Shown: positions 1 through 13,722 of the stretch, piece by piece
How the letters are laid out: each line of letters opens with the position of its first letter
Position numbering within the stretch: position 1 is the first letter of the stretch
Assembly (NCBI GenBank): GCA_951406725.2
Contig: OX597828.1
Location: forward strand, 60,388,001-60,452,000
Reading direction: 5' to 3'
Source of the DNA: Octopus vulgaris
Lineage: Eukaryota
DNA: 64,000 bases
The notes under the pieces: model-generated
Databases searched by the model: none
What the model was told of the DNA's origin: nothing
Seen by the model: the letters and a program-made list of their open reading frames with translations, nothing else
Position numbers and translations under genes: made by a program

Positions 1-1551
1 AAAGGAATTCTACATAATAAAAAGTGGTTGTTTATCATTTTTCATCACTTTTAAAGTGAGAATAATAATCCAGTCATTGGCAAGATCAAAAAGGTTACTC
101 TTTTTGAGAATGGTACATGTTGTCAAATATTTAATTATCAAAGGAGAAAAGTTGAGAGTTGAGTTGATACATGCCAGCATAGTAGTGAAAGCAGGTGCAG
201 CTTAGAATTCATTGCCTTGAGATGAAGTAACTTCAGAAGTTTCTACACTTACTCATGCATTGACACACTGGTGACTCAAGTATGAGGTAGTGTGTGTGTG
301 TAGTGAGAATAGAAGCAAATTTAGTGGCTTTGTCTACAAATGTCAGTAATATGGCTGAGGGGAAATACTTTGAAGGAGCAACCTGTGTACTAAACATAAT
401 ATGGTAGTCTTGAAAAACTTTGATCAACTGAAATTATGTAAGCAATTAGTTGATAAAACTGATTCTATTCAATTATACGTAAACACGAGAGAGAGAAAGA
501 GGTAGGGAATGCAGTGACACTGAGCTATGTAGCTAAGAAAAAATACCTCAAGGATGCATTCTGCATATTACATACTAATACAATAGGGTTTCACATGTGT
601 AATATGTTTTAATATAGATGATATTCTTGATTGGCATCATTACATTCCTTCTGTTTCTTGATCACTTTTTAGCCTTGCCAGCTAAATAGAAAATGGTTCA
701 CTGGGAATGTTTAATAAAACTGAAACCTGTTTGTTGCTTTAAACTAACTATACTGTTCCCATATTCTAGTCAATTGATCACATTGAAGGTGTCTCACTTC
801 CTTGTTTAGATTTTAAACACTCCTAGGAGGTTTTTTTTTTTGTTTTTTTTTTAAAAATCTGTGAGTGTATTACTTTCAGTGGTAAAAGGAGTGTGTAATA
901 GAAGATATTAATAGAGGAATAGAAAATAAAATGCTTGACTGCTGTTTAGGAAATAAGAAAAATTATGAACATGAACTTAAGTCTCCCAGTTTATGATGAA
1001 ATGGTTGTATGACCTTGAAACAGATGCAGCTATCAAGGAGTTATTGTTAACTAAAATAGGAGGCCTGTCAGGTATTGAAAGTATCGAGATCATATTGTTA
1101 GTTACTTACTCAGTTAAACAACAAGTGAAACAAAGTGCTATTCCAATGGCTAATGTAACAGTATCATAGTTTGTTGTTGTCCATACAGCTATAGTACATG
1201 AATATGTGAGCCACCTGGGATGTTCACAGAAAGTGATAGAAAAAGACTAATCAAGAAAGAAGTTGAACATGTCTAGTTATATATATCAGAATACACAAAT
1301 TATGTTGTATTGGCTTTGTTATCTACTTGCAAGTAAAAATTACAGTTCTACGGTTGTTAATCCTGTTCTTTCTTCTTTAACTTGGAATTTTGGCTCTAAA
1401 ATACTTGAGTAAATCTTTATACAGACTTTAACAATTCATGTGGTGTGTTGTATATTCTATAATTTAAAAAAATTTCCCACTAACATTTAAAGTCTCTTCT
1501 GATTTTTCTCTGAGAAATTGTAAATAGATCTGCAATGTATTTATTTTTCAG

Positions 1552-1644
1552 TGTTTTGGTAAAGCTCGAAGTCATTACAGTTTCGTTGGAGCAGTTGTTC
1601 GTCGAATCCGTCGATTGCTTAGACTCCATACATCAGATACTTGA
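1552..1644 (+). CDS. Probable terminal coding exon of an unidentified plus-strand gene starting upstream of the window (CFGKARSHYSFVGAVVRRIRRLLRLHTSDT*)
   Basis: Acceptor ttatttttcag ends at 1551, followed by a CpG-rich open frame to TGA at 1642-1644 and AATAAA at 1676-1681. A second frame is also open, so the reading frame is not certain. Confidence 0.5.
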   Translation, partial: CFGKARSHYSFVGAVVRRIRRLLRLHTSDT

Positions 1645-1675
1645 TATTTTTATACTAATGAATATAATATTTGTG

Positions 1676-1681
1676 AATAAA
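1676..1681 (+). promoter_or_regulatory. Candidate polyadenylation signal (AATAAA)
   Basis: Lies about 30 nt after the stop codon of the putative terminal exon and is followed by T-rich sequence. Confidence 0.4.
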
Positions 1682-2549
1682 GATGCAGTATATTGAATCC
1701 TTTCTATGATGGTCTTTTGCTTTATTTTTTCTGTTTTTTATTTCTCTAAAATGAGGTAATGTCTACCACATTTTTAAGCCCTCCAAATGCCATACTTTGC
1801 TGTGGGCTTCACTCGAGCCTTGTATCAGCAACTGTTGAGGAATTAAATATTTTCTTATCCTGAAGGGAAAAAACCTTGCATTTGAGGTGTCCACAAGGGC
1901 TCGAGTTGAGTGCCACTTATGTTGAGGTGAAGGGTTGTGATGCAGTGATATCGTTTTGATATGAGTAGTGCTTCATCTTTTTTATTGTTAAAAGAAAGAT
2001 GGTTAGCATAGAAAGATGCTCTCAAATTCTCCAGTTCTCTTTTTAGGGAATCAATGCAGGTTTGGCATGTGGTGTCTATGTTGCTTGTGGATGATGCATG
2101 ACCATGTTAACAATATAAACACAAGTACAAACAGAGACAAATATACACAAATGTATGAGTAATGGGCTTTTACACACTTCTTGTTTATGAATACCACTAA
2201 CAAGCTTTTGGTCAACTTTAGGCTATTGTAGTGAAATCGAACCCAAAAACCATATGGTTGCAAAACAATCCTTTGAATAACAGCCTTATCTGAACCTGTT
2301 TCATAGTTCTATCAACTCTGCTACAGATATTGAGGCTCTATAGGGTACTGGTTGTAGCATTTGATTAAAAGGTGGAGATAAAGATGTATTCCATAGAGGA
2401 CAACTAGAACTTCCTGCAACACAAACAACTGAGAGATGCAAACAAAATCTGTGGCTCAAGCATGCATTGAACAAATGATAGTGATTGAGGCTGGATTCTT
2501 TTTGTGCATTTATTTGTATGTATATATGGTGCATTTATTCGTGTGTGTA

Positions 2550-3050
2550 TATCTTTGTATATGTAAAATCTTTTCTGTCTGTCTGTTTGTGTGCTTATAA
2601 CTCGAGTATTGTTCATCCGATCGCGCTGAAATTTTAAACATGGATACATGAGAGAGCGGGGCATTCTCTAATCTAAAAAGATTTTCAAAATCGTTAGTTT
2701 TAAAATGAGAATCGCTATTTTTGTAATCTTTTTGTCCTGTTTGTTCCGCCATTATGAGTAATGTGTTACTCAGACAGGCGGCACATACCTTTTCGCTAGC
2801 AACAAGGGGAGTACAGGATGACAGTCAACCAAAACCGTCGCTATGCTGTCTCCCTTATGACGTCCAATTCCACTTGAAGTTGTATATATATTGTGTTAAG
2901 ATTCGTTATCAATCAGTTATCTTTATTGAGAAGAAACAGTCAAAAGTAACCACCACCAACAATCACCAAACATCTCCACTACTTAACACCGTCCAAGTTT
3001 ACACCTTTACAGCTGACATGAAAAACTACTAATTAAGCAAAAAAAGAAAA
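2550..3050 (+). mobile_element. Possible non-autonomous Helitron/HINE-like element (3' boundary unclear)
   Basis: Starts atctttgtatatgtaaaa, then (tctg)n and ccgatcgcgctgaaattt, a 5' layout typical of such elements. CpG content is locally high. Confidence 0.3.
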
Positions 3051-3425
3051 AAAAATTGATTGGTGTTAAAACGCATAAAATTTTGGGGTTAATGATCTTA
3101 ATCTTTAGTTACAGTTTCTCATTAAAACTACATAATAGGCAGAATTGTCAGATTAAAACAGTAGGGTGTTTTAGGGAGATTTGGCTGCTATTTCTACCAG
3201 GTCTAGCTACCATCATTGGCTCATACATATATACATAAAATCGAAATAAGATACTTAAACAACAGTCGTCAAATAAAAAAACCCAAAGTCCATGCAGTGT
3301 CTTGGGCAAAAAAAATTTCCAACCTTTCGTTTAATGCAAGCCCAAAGCAATCTCTTATCTCACACTATTTCAGTATTATGTCTATTGTAATGTGAGATAA
3401 TACTTTCAGTTTGAAAGAAGTCTGT

Positions 3426-3460
<35 letters not shown>

Positions 3461-3879
3461 TTTATGCATATTCCAAAACCAAATTACACATTTTGACGTA
3501 TGGAATATCAAAAGATTCAGTACTATTCTGGCTACAAATTAAACTTAATTTCCATTCACATATTTGCATTTCAAATATTTAACATTATAATGTTTTTCTT
3601 TCCCATAAATCAACTATCATAAACTTTTTATATTCTTACGTCACATTTTCTATATGTGTGTGTACTTTAAAAGACATCAATCATCACGACACACACCTTC
3701 ATTCACTCACTTTATTTCTCTTTTTCACTCTCTTTCTCACTCTGACACACAATCGCACACGTGCACACACACACACGTCCATTTCATATAGACGTACATA
3801 CATCTTTCACTTTCTTTCTCTGTCCTTTTCACTTATTGCGTTATTAAGGTTCGTTATCCATCAATTATCCTTATAATGT

Positions 3880-4925
3880 AGTAGCATTATAGCTTAGATA
3901 ATAGATAAAAGTATTACAAAGGTATTACATTGCTGGACCAGAGCATAAAAGTTATAGGGATTTTATTGTCCAACTGATTAGTAACAGAATTAGACAAGCC
4001 ATGTCCAGGGGTGCTGTCAGTAAGGTGAGAGTTAACCATGAGTACTGTGGTGAATTTAGTGTACAGGCAGGTGTACACTAGGGCTTGTTCTCAGTCTCCT
4101 CCAGGGCAGAACAGAAAATTTCAAGACTAGCTGCCTCTTGATAAACTTGTTTTCATAGTGGAATCTGTAACAGTATTAGAAAAGAAATTCCTAGTGTGGA
4201 AGTGACTCCTAGAATCAAAGGGCCTTAAAATTAACTTAGCAAAGACCAAAATTCTAGTAAGTATGAAAACTAGTAGGATTCTACTTCCTTCAAGTAAATA
4301 GCCCTGTTAAATATGTAGGAAAGGTGAAGGCAGGAATCCCATCTAGTGTACTCAGTGAAAGCTATAGAGATACAAGAGAAGCAGTGGAATCACAGAGAAA
4401 GTAGTGCTCGTGCAGAGAATGCACCGGAGCCATAAACACTATAGATACATAGAGAATTGATTTTCTTGAATGCCTTGGAGACTCTCTAGAGATAGTAGAA
4501 AATTTCTGTTACCTAGGTGACCTAATTAGCTGTGGAGGAGGATATTCCAGAAGTGTAGTAGCTAGAATAAGATGGAGAAAATCAGAGAGCTTTTACTTTA
4601 GTTGACAACAAAGGGTTTCCTTCTCTAAATGAAAGAAATATTGTATGATATTGTGTATGAACTGCATTGTTACATGGTAGTGAGACACGGGTCCTAAATG
4701 CAGAGGACATGTTAAGACAATAGACGAATGAAACTAGTATGCTCTGTTGGATGTGCAGTGTCAGTGTGTATGTATGACCAAGTGCCAATGTATTGAGAGA
4801 AAAGTTATCAGAGAAATCAGATGTAGTGTGGAAGAGAAAAGACTACACAGATTGGTCATGTGATGTGTATCAATGAAGATAGTTGAATAAAGAAGTGCTG
4901 AATGCTTAAAGTGGAAGTTGTGGAA
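3880..4925 (+). mobile_element. Decayed, internally deleted RTE-clade LINE fragment
   Basis: Interrupted RT/C-terminal motifs (NLAKTKILV, FCYLGD, LLHGSET) homologous to the intact RTE ORF at 40507-41184. Confidence 0.8.
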
Positions 4926-6304
4926 ATGATATCCTAATAGTGCCTTAGTAATGTTTTATGTGTAGGGCTCTGTCCCACCTCCAGTCTCTCAGCCCTATCA
5001 AGCATTTCTCCCACATCTCTATGAGATTCAGCTGCTGCAATCACCTGAGGGCAGAATACTACATCTCTCTTTCCTCCCTGCTCCTAAAACCTATTCTTTT
5101 TCTCATTACCATCCTTGCCTATTATTTCCACCAATCAGCTCCTTTCTGTGCCTTCAGTGCTCTCTCCCCGCTGCAATATTTCACCTTCAGCAACTCTCTT
5201 ATCAGCAGTGACTCTCAATACATTCCCACATATTTATTATAGCATCTCCGAGCCACTCCTTTCTACTTACTACAGTCACCTCAACCCCATCTCTTATGAT
5301 CTCTCCTCACTCTTAGGAAACTTCCCTCAGTCCCTACTCATCCTATATACTCCTTTTGTACAATTTCACTTACTAGCAAATCTACCCATCAATGATGGAG
5401 GCATAAAATGAGGGAGGGAAGTCATAACAGCAGTATGTATTGAGAAATGTGTAAATGGACTTGACAGGTTACTGGGTGATGTCTTAGAGAAATCACATTA
5501 TTATTGGTGACACAGCATTCTATTGCAGGAACTTAGTTTGCAACTAAGTGACATGTGATGACAATTCACTCCTGAACTGAAATAGGTTCCTAGCCTCTGC
5601 GTCATGGATGGTTATGTGGACAACTAATAAAAACCAGAGCTTCCTTTGATCACTATATAAGAAACAAATGTTATTTAGATAGCCTTTTATTTTAGTTGTT
5701 TACACTATTTTATGCTTGCTTATACTCTTATACATTAAAAGTTCACAAATATCCTTATCAAAAGGAATATGTTTCCTAATTTAAATAATGTCAATATGAT
5801 TCTTTATAGATGGTATTTTCTGTTTGGTTGACACCAATTACTGGAGTCCGTTGCTTTACTCATAGCTACGTATAACTGGTCAAGTGTGAACACCAGAGTG
5901 GGTAAAAATACACCTACACCTTGTTTGCTGTGAATGCATGAGCAGAATCTTTAGGGTTGCAAAATATGAAACTAAGACTTACCTCTCACTGTTCTATGTA
6001 AATAAGGTCTGGATTTTCTGGTACCATGGGTTATTTTGATTGACAAAACTGAGATGTAAACAACAGCCACTTTGATTAGCCATTTTGAATCCTGCTTGAG
6101 ACTGACATGCTTCAATATCCACTACATAATTACTCACACTTTTTCCATTTTATTTTCGCTATTAACTGTCCTTGTGACCCCCTTCGATGGGGCCATGAAA
6201 ATCCAGAACTATTCATGGTCGATGAATTTTTAATAAAAATGTGATGGTGGTTTATTGATTCAAAAATCAATATCCATGAAATAATTTCTAATTTTTTAAT
6301 GCTA

Positions 6305-6490
6305 AAAATTATTGGGGCCCTGGGATATATAACACACTGCCTAAATACCAATCTTGAGAAATTAAGCTTCTCAAAACCAGAAAGAAAGCTATTATAATTC
6401 AAAAACTACAGATCCAATCTATCACTGAAACTGTATAAGTCTGTAAAACTTTCCAGAAGTTTATCATTTAAATACATATGAGCATGTAAA
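6305..6490 (+). mobile_element. 3' fragment of an R4/Dong-like (RLE) non-LTR retrotransposon
   Basis: Inverted homolog of 6885-7030; encodes IIGALGYITHCLNTNLEKL. Confidence 0.6.
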
Positions 6491-6739
6491 CAGGGTTTAC
6501 AGAAAGTATAAACAACATCACAGAGAAACTGTCCCCTTAGAATATGCCCCTGCAATACTGTATTCTCTCAATGATAACACAGTCCCTCCTTGTGTTTAAT
6601 TTCAAGATGGTGGCCCATGATGAAGTCAAGTCAGCTATGGCTTTGACTATGTTCACTGGAACTTTAGCAAGTTGAACGGCTTCTAGCATTCATGAGTGGG
6701 GAACAGAGTCCCACACCTCTGACTTTACAGTTTTGTTGA

Positions 6740-8400
6740 TTAACAAATGTATGTATGCATGTTTGAGATTGTTCAGTTTTATTTCAAGATAGCTTGCCAA
6801 TAGAGAAAGTGCTGCATTCTAACCTAGATTCAAGGCTCCTTCATTGGAATTTCAACATCAACAAGGTGTTTTTGTTAGTTTGTATGACATGCTCATATAT
6901 ATTTAAATGATAAACTTCTGGAAAATTTTACAGATTTTTACAATTCCAGTGATGGATTGGATCTGTAGTTTAATTTCACAAGATTGATATTTAGGCAGTG
7001 TGTTACATATCCCAGGGCCCCAATAATTACAGGTATAAACCTGAACTTTTAATCTGGATAGAGTAACTGCAGATTTCTCAATAGTTCAGCATGGGTGTTC
7101 TCTTTTTCATTGATCTTCAGCTTTATGTTAACATCCGCTGGGCAGCTAATTTCCACAACTGTGCACAGTTTCTCTTCTCTATCCCAAATCATTATATCAG
7201 GTCTGTTGTGCTTACATTTTATTGAGGTTTTCACTGGGACATTCCACCAGTATTCCTTTTTATCATGAGAGTCTTATGGCCTCTACCATGCTGTGGGTTC
7301 TTATTTCTTTGTCCTTGGAGTTATCCTTCTGATGGATTTCATTATAGCGTATCTTAGCTACAACATTATGTCTCATCAGTAGATAATACTTTGATGACAT
7401 TTTCGAACAACTGCTTATGATGTGGGTGATATCTTCAGTGTTAACTCCACAAAGTCATTAGTTATCTTATTTTACTGCTTTTCCTGCATTTCTATCCCTT
7501 TAGTGCATCAGGTACTTGGTTGTTATTCCCTGTTCCTGGATTGCAAATGTATACCCTTCAGTGGAAGATAGTAATCCAGCTATTGGTCCATGATAGACTG
7601 CTTTCAAGATCAAAGTTACTATCATCTCAGAGCTTTCTACTGACATATCCGTGCATAGTCTTCTGCTCATCTGATGATACATTGTGGTAGAGTTGTGTGA
7701 CTTCTTTGGGCATGTATTCTAGGTTATCAGATAAAAAATGTTGTTCAAGGAGCTGCCTTCTAAGTCTTATGATGTTATCAGCCTCATTGGTCAGGGGATG
7801 GACTTTGACACTTGGTGGTTAAAAGAGGTTGCCAAAGGGATATGATACAACATTTGAAGACATTTTGGATCGATGTTAAGTGTCTGCTGCCTTGCTTTCG
7901 TTTTAGGTAGAGGTGGTCTACATTACTGTTGATGTGGAAATTATGTGTGCTTGTTAGTATTTTTCGAATTTTTACATCAATGGCTCAGATCTCACCAAGC
8001 ATCCAATCCAATCAAGCAACCCAAATGTTGGTATGAGCCACTGTTTTATTGAATGCAGAGAGTTCTGAGGTCTGAATTTTCTTTATTCGGCTGTAATATT
8101 CTTTAGTGACACGTGTTTTGTTACACGTGCCACTGTAAGATATATTTTCATCCACCCCTAGATACCTGTAACATTCCTCGTCAGATACAGGGGAAACAAT
8201 CAAATCATTAATGGAGATGTTACTAGTCTGGTTTATAGTTTGCCCCCTTTTCACTACCATATAACAACATTTATCCTAACAAAACTCCAACCCTACATCC
8301 TTTGAGAGTGTCGTAACTAGGTCAAAGCTCGTTTTCATCTCATGCATATTCTTTGCATAAAGTTTCAAGTCATCCACAAAGAAACAGTGTAAAATTTTGA
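6740..8400 (-). mobile_element. Decayed R2/R4(Dong)-type non-LTR retrotransposon with restriction-like endonuclease
   Basis: RT remnant FFVDDLKLYA near 8370, YRYLGVDE, a CCHC knuckle (CGVNTEDITHIISSC), RHNVVAK, and the RLE motif NRPDIMIWDREEKLCTVVEISCP. Many stops and frameshifts. Confidence 0.8.
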
Positions 8401-8718
8401 TGTATGTATCTAACTATGTACATATGTATAAGGGTCAGCTGAAAAGTTCATAGGGTGACCAAAATACTCTTATGGAATGTGATCAAATGATGTTTATTTT
8501 CCAATAAGTGTTTTAATGATCTTAAAACTAAAAGAAAGACAAAAGACAGATGATTTTGCTACATTTTAATGCGTATAACAATACTACTACAACAATAACC
8601 AGCCTACCTGAAATGACATTGTAATATTTACATATTGGCCAGGGGCACTTTCACATAAGCTGAAAAATAAGTTTCATTATTCAACTCCAACGTTTCTAGT
8701 TTTATCTAATTCGAAATA

Positions 8719-9454
8719 CTAGATTTCTTCTTCAGACCCCAAAGACAATGCACTTTCTTGACTGGGAAGAGAACTATGTGCTTCACTGGTAGGATTGGAA
8801 GCAATATCACCCAAGGTTGATGATTTCCTTTGATTTGCTTGTAAAATAAATCTTTCCTCATTCGAATCCAGAGTCAAGGTATTTTTTTGGCACTGAAGGA
8901 AGTGCTGCTCTACAGTTTCTGCAACAGTCATCTTTTTCTGATCTGATCCTGAAGTTTCAGCAGTAGCAACTGAGATGCTGGGCCCGTTATCAAGAGTTTG
9001 ATGTTCATCAGTTACAGAGAGTATTGATAAGCATGAGTTTGTAAAACTATTTAAAGTTTCAATAAAAGATTGGTCATGCTTAACATCTGTTTTGTTATTT
9101 AAGCCATGTAGTGTCTCAGGGGAAGTTCTATCATTAGTGGTTTGTGACTGTTTACAAATGTCTTTTTGATTTGGACTAGAAAATGGAAATAATATAGAGG
9201 CAGGGTTTGAATTTGTTGTCATAAATTCATCTGGTAGATGTGTAGAATTCGATGTTTCAATTATCTTCTCTAAATTATCAGGTTTTTCGTAGAAGTGTTG
9301 TTTACTTATGTAACTTCCTTCTAAATCAGTGAAAGATCTCTTCACTGTGTTTTCATCCATATCATCCAAAGGCTCTAAAGGGCAGCGGTAAACTGCAATG
9401 ATTGTTGGAGACATTTTGGATTCTTGAAATGTTGATACTGTTGTCACATTGAAT
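8719..9454 (-). CDS. FN3-domain gene, terminal coding exon (end of FN3, FNVTTVSTFQESKMSP, plus Ser/Thr-rich low-complexity tail)
   Basis: Acceptor ttttattctaactag at 9455-9456. Phase 2 start matches the upstream exon. 244-codon open frame ending TAG at 8719-8721. Confidence 0.85.
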
Positions 9455-9608
9455 CTAGTTAGAATAAAAGAGAATAATTTATTAAATATGATAAGGACAT
9501 AAAGAAAGTGGAATAGTTAAATGAACATTATAACTAAAAAAAAACAATGAAATAATGAAAAAATACTATTAAATAAAACAATTAAAATTCTTTTTAATAT
9601 TCACTTAC

Positions 9609-9705
9609 TTATAAGTTAATGATGGAATTAAGTCTGAAATTATAATTCTAGTCTGTGATTTAGGCACAAGAGCTTTTGGTTGCCCATTAACGTATATTTT
9701 GAAAC
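9609..9705 (-). CDS. FN3-domain gene, internal exon (GFKIYVNGQPKALVPKSQTRIIISDLIPSLTYK)
   Basis: ttctgttgcag acceptor, gtaagt donor, 97 nt, phase 1 to 2. Contains the FN3 signature L-x-P-x-x-x-Y. Confidence 0.9.
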
Positions 9706-9967
9706 CTGCAACAGAAGATTTGAAAGATTTATAAAGAGCTTTTCAGAATCAATTTGCTTCCATAGAACTAGTAGTTGTGTTTAGTTTGTCTAACATTATG
9801 CAGTTATGAAATAAATCTTCACCTGAGTAGACTGAAAGACAGTCAAAAGTGAATTTTCCCCACAACCAGATGAACATATATGAAGACAGGAGGAATACAA
9901 ACTCCAGCAAACACACACACACATCCTACCTAGAAAAACTAATCATTTAGGGAAGGATGTTAATAAT

Positions 9968-10773
9968 ACAGGGTGTCCCAAAAGTCACTGATGGGTTTCA
10001 ATTTTTAATAACTTCCTTAATTTTATAAATAAATGCATGAATCTTGATACAATATAAATGACATAATGGAAATTAATATGCACAAGTCAAATTTTGCAAC
10101 ACCACAAAATCACATGAAAAATGACATCATTTAAATGACAGCCATTTTCAGCTTTGCACACCTGCGCTCTTTCCAAAACTTGCACCATAATACCCACAAG
10201 AGTTTTAGATCTCACTTCTGATTTCTCTATTGGTGTTCTTCAGTTGCACCAGAGTCTTTGGCTTCTTGACGTAAACATTCTCTTTCAGGTATTCCCACTA
10301 GAAAAAATCTGGGCTAACCAGGTCTGCGTAACGTGAAGGCCAGTTGATATTGCCATAGTGGGAGATTATTCTCTCTCTCCAGAGCACTGCTGTAAAACCT
10401 GCATTGTTTCTCTTGTGGTACGAGAGCAGTTGCCCCATCTTGCTGGAACCATGTGTAAGGTCTACTTTGAATGGCCGGATGCAAAAAGGTCTCAATCATG
10501 GATAATGGAAAGAGAAGGTTTACGTCAACAGATTGGAGACCCAGGTGCGACTGAAGAACATTAATAGAGAAATCAGTGGAATGGGGTCTGAAATTCTTGA
10601 GGGTATTATGGTGCAAGTTTTGGAAAGAGCAGGAGTGTGTGAAGCCAAAAATGACTGTCATTTAAGTGATGTCATTTTTTGTATGTGATGTAGTGAGGTT
10701 GCAAAATTTGACTTGTGCATATTAATTTCCAATATGTCCCTTATATTGTATCAAAATTGCATGCATTTATTTA
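9968..10773. mobile_element. Fold-back derivative of an IS630/Tc1/mariner element
   Basis: ta-CAGGGTGTCCCAAAAGT terminus. Minus-strand transposase remnant TWFQQDGAT...WPSRYADLVSPDFF. About 260-bp diverged inverted arms at ~10028-10285 and ~10510-10772. Confidence 0.75.
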
Positions 10774-11299
10774 CCAACAGATGAGACTGTTGGTAAAAAA
10801 AACTTCCTAACATCGAGCTACAACAAGTAACCTTAGATGCCAAGAACTTTCCTAAGAATCCTGGGTGTCCCTAATAATACTGTTTTCTCAGTTGCACTAA
10901 ACTAGATTTTATGCCTATATCCATCTGTTCTTCCATTCATATTGAATTCCTTTCTAGTTCTTCTGTCTAGATTTGCCAATTCAAATATGTCCAATCTACA
11001 AAAGTAGAAATACTCCCTAATTATTTACAACCTTCACTAGATTCAGGCCATTTAGCTTCAGCTTCATTAACATAGTTAACCCTGTCAGATTCTGATACTC
11101 TTCTTTCAGCGATTTTACTGTCTGGCCATCTGGTAATTGAATGCCTTCACTGCTGACTACCTGTCCCTTTTCTATCACTAATATTGCATACTTATCTATG
11201 TCAAATTCTGTACCTATATCTTTGTTGAAGAGTCTTACGGTTTGTATTAAGGAATCTATCTCTTTAATTTTTACTAAAAAGCTTCAGATCATCAATGTA

Positions 11300-12526
11300 T
11301 TGGGTTTCACCTAAGTTCCCGCTATTTTTCTAAATTTTAGAATCTATTTTTGAATCATTTTGGAATCTATTTTTTTTCTAGTTAATTTTACTTAATTTTT
11401 GTTTATTTTCAGATCATTAAAATGGAATGTCAAGTTAAGAAAAAAGAGCATTTTCGACACCTCCTTCTATTTGCTTTTAATCAAGGTCCTAATGCCACAA
11501 AAGCAGCAAGCGACATTTGTGCTGTGTATGGAGATGGTACCATAGCTGAAAGAACTATTCATGATTGGTATGCCAAGTTCAAAAATGGAAATTTTGACCT
11601 CAAAGACACACCTCGTTCTGGCCATCCAGTTGAGTTCGATGGAGAGCTATTAAACCAACTTTTGCATGAAAATTCTCGTCAATGACAAGGGAACTGGCAG
11701 AAAAAATGGAATGCTCCCAGACTGCTATAGAGAAGCATCTTCACTTGATGTGAAAGGTTCAGAAGTATGGAGCATGGGTTCTGCATGCTTTAAGTGACAA
11801 CAACAAAAATCAACGAGCCACAATATCTGCTGGTTTGTTTGCTCGTCACCGCTCAAACTCATGGACACAAGCAACGATTTCTTTACCGAACCGTTATTGG
11901 TGATGAGAAATGATGCCTATACATCAATATGAAGCAGCGTAAGGAATGGCTTAGCCTTGGTAAATAAGTGACACTATGCGTGAAACAAGATCTTCATTCG
12001 TGTAAAATGATGTTGTGCATATGGTGGGACTGGGAAGGGATTATCCATTATGAATTACTTGAATGGAACCAAATGGTGAACATGGAACTCTATGTTCAAC
12101 AGATGGAACAACTCAACATAGCTAATCGGCAGCATGGAGTTCTGCTGCACGACACTGCCTGCCCTCATATTGCCAATATGACCAAGGGAGCCATTCAAAC
12201 GCATGGCTGCGAAGTGCTGCCACACCCAGTGTACTCTCCTGATTTGGCACCAACGGATTTCCACCTCTTTTGATCTCTTTCAAATAATATGTGTGGAGTT
12301 TCGTTCAATATTGATGCAGAATTGAGAGCTTGGTTAGATCAATTTTTTTAGTTGAAATCGGGTGATATCTACCAACGGAGTATTGAAAATCTTGTTTAAT
12401 GTTGGGAAGAAGTTGTAAGCAACAAGGGTGAATACATTATTGATTAATTAATTGCTATTTTTCTTATTAAACCTTTTAAAAAATTTAAATTTAAAAAAAA
12501 AGGCGGGAACTTAGATGCCAACCCAA
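11300..12526 (+). mobile_element. Full-length decayed mariner transposon
   Basis: TA target duplications at 11298-99 and 12527-28. TIRs ttgggtttcacctaagttcccgc / gcgggaacttagatgccaacccaa. Transposase from 11422 with HFRH, GDEK, WWDWEG and YSPDLAPTDFHLF, broken by stops. Confidence 0.93.
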
Positions 12527-13127
12527 TAGAACAAACAGTTACTTTTCCATTCACTATCTCTAAACTGATACCCTGCCTTTCCCTTTCTTAATACTAAACT
12601 GAGGGGAATTAAACATAATACAAATATTAAAGGGGATAAGGAGTCTCCCCTCTCTTCATATTAACTTTCCCAAAGGCTGTTTCATCTGAATTAGACATTT
12701 ACTTTCCATTTCTTCATGATATTAACTCATTTATGCTGTCTGTAATACTGAATATTCTCAAACATTCACCTATCCTTGCTATTGTTAAATTTTTGCTTCT
12801 AGATTTCAATCGTTTTAGGACTGCTTTGTCTATGTGTTCATGTGTTCCTTTAGTCTTTTTTCTTATACGGAAAGTACATTCTGACTGTGAAGATGCTCAT
12901 AAATACTTACTGAGAGCATTCCTGTTAACAGCTTCCATACCAATGGCAAACAAGTGATTGGTGTATAATTACTAGCTATATTGCCTTTGCTTTTGTCTTT
13001 CCTAAGAAGTACTGTTCTCCCTCTGGTCATCCAATTAGACACAACTCCATTCAGGCAATCCTGAAGTTGTTCCCCCAGTCCAATTAAGTACTCTTCCTAA
13101 CACATTACTCATTATCATTAATATTAT

Positions 13128-13722
13128 TATCACCTCTACCTTAGCAAAGGCGGAGGTATTGTTTTCATTTCTGTTAAGGCAGGGAGCTGGCAGAAACGTT
13201 AGCACACCAGGCGAAATGCTTAGCGGTATTTTGTCTGCCGTATGTTCTGAGTTCAAATTCCGCTGAGGTCGATTTTGCCTTTCATCCTTTCGGGGTCGAT
13301 TAAATAAGTACCAGTTACGCACTGGGGTCGATATAATCGACTTAATCCATTTGTCTGTCCTTGTTTGTCCCCTCTGTGTTTAGCCCCTTGTGGGTAGTAA
13401 AGAAATAGGTATTGTCTTCAGTTCTGTTTGTTTGTTTATAGACAACATATCTCAAGAACCACTGGATGAAACTTTGAGGGATGTTTGGCCTTGTGACTGG
13501 CATGAACTTATTAGATTTTGGGATTATCTAGTACTGGACAAGGATTCTAAATTATTTTTCTGATTTTTTCACTTAATTTTTGAGAGCGGTCAAGTTCATT
13601 TTTAGTATTCTCATTTGTGAGAGCAGCTGAGTTTATTTTAGATATTCTCATTTTAAAAATCCTCTCTGGCTAATCGTTGAGAGAAGATTGGTGTTGCTTT
13701 GGCAGAGATTTGTGCTGAGTGT
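13128..13722 (+). mobile_element. HINE/Helentron-like non-autonomous element interrupted by a SINE
   Basis: 5' cacctctaccttagcaaaggcggaggt imperfect inverted repeat, (tgtt)n, and a 3' ttggcagagatttgtgctgagtg end. Confidence 0.45.
13177..13407 (+). mobile_element. tRNA-type SINE (family B), near full length with ~21-bp target duplication
   Basis: A-box-like agctggcaga and B-box-like gagttcaaattcc, core gcctttcatcctttcggggtcgat. Flanked by ggtattgttttcatttctgtt / ggtattgtcttcagttctgtt. Confidence 0.8.

Noticed and set aside
5810-5995. Splice-like signals (plus-strand tctttatag acceptor; minus-strand 11-nt ag...gtaagt segment)
   Set aside because: Short frames with no compatible partner exon, located beyond both predicted stop codons.
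13177-13270. tRNA gene
   Set aside because: The A/B-box-like motifs belong to a multi-copy SINE head; no cloverleaf with acceptor stem is evident.
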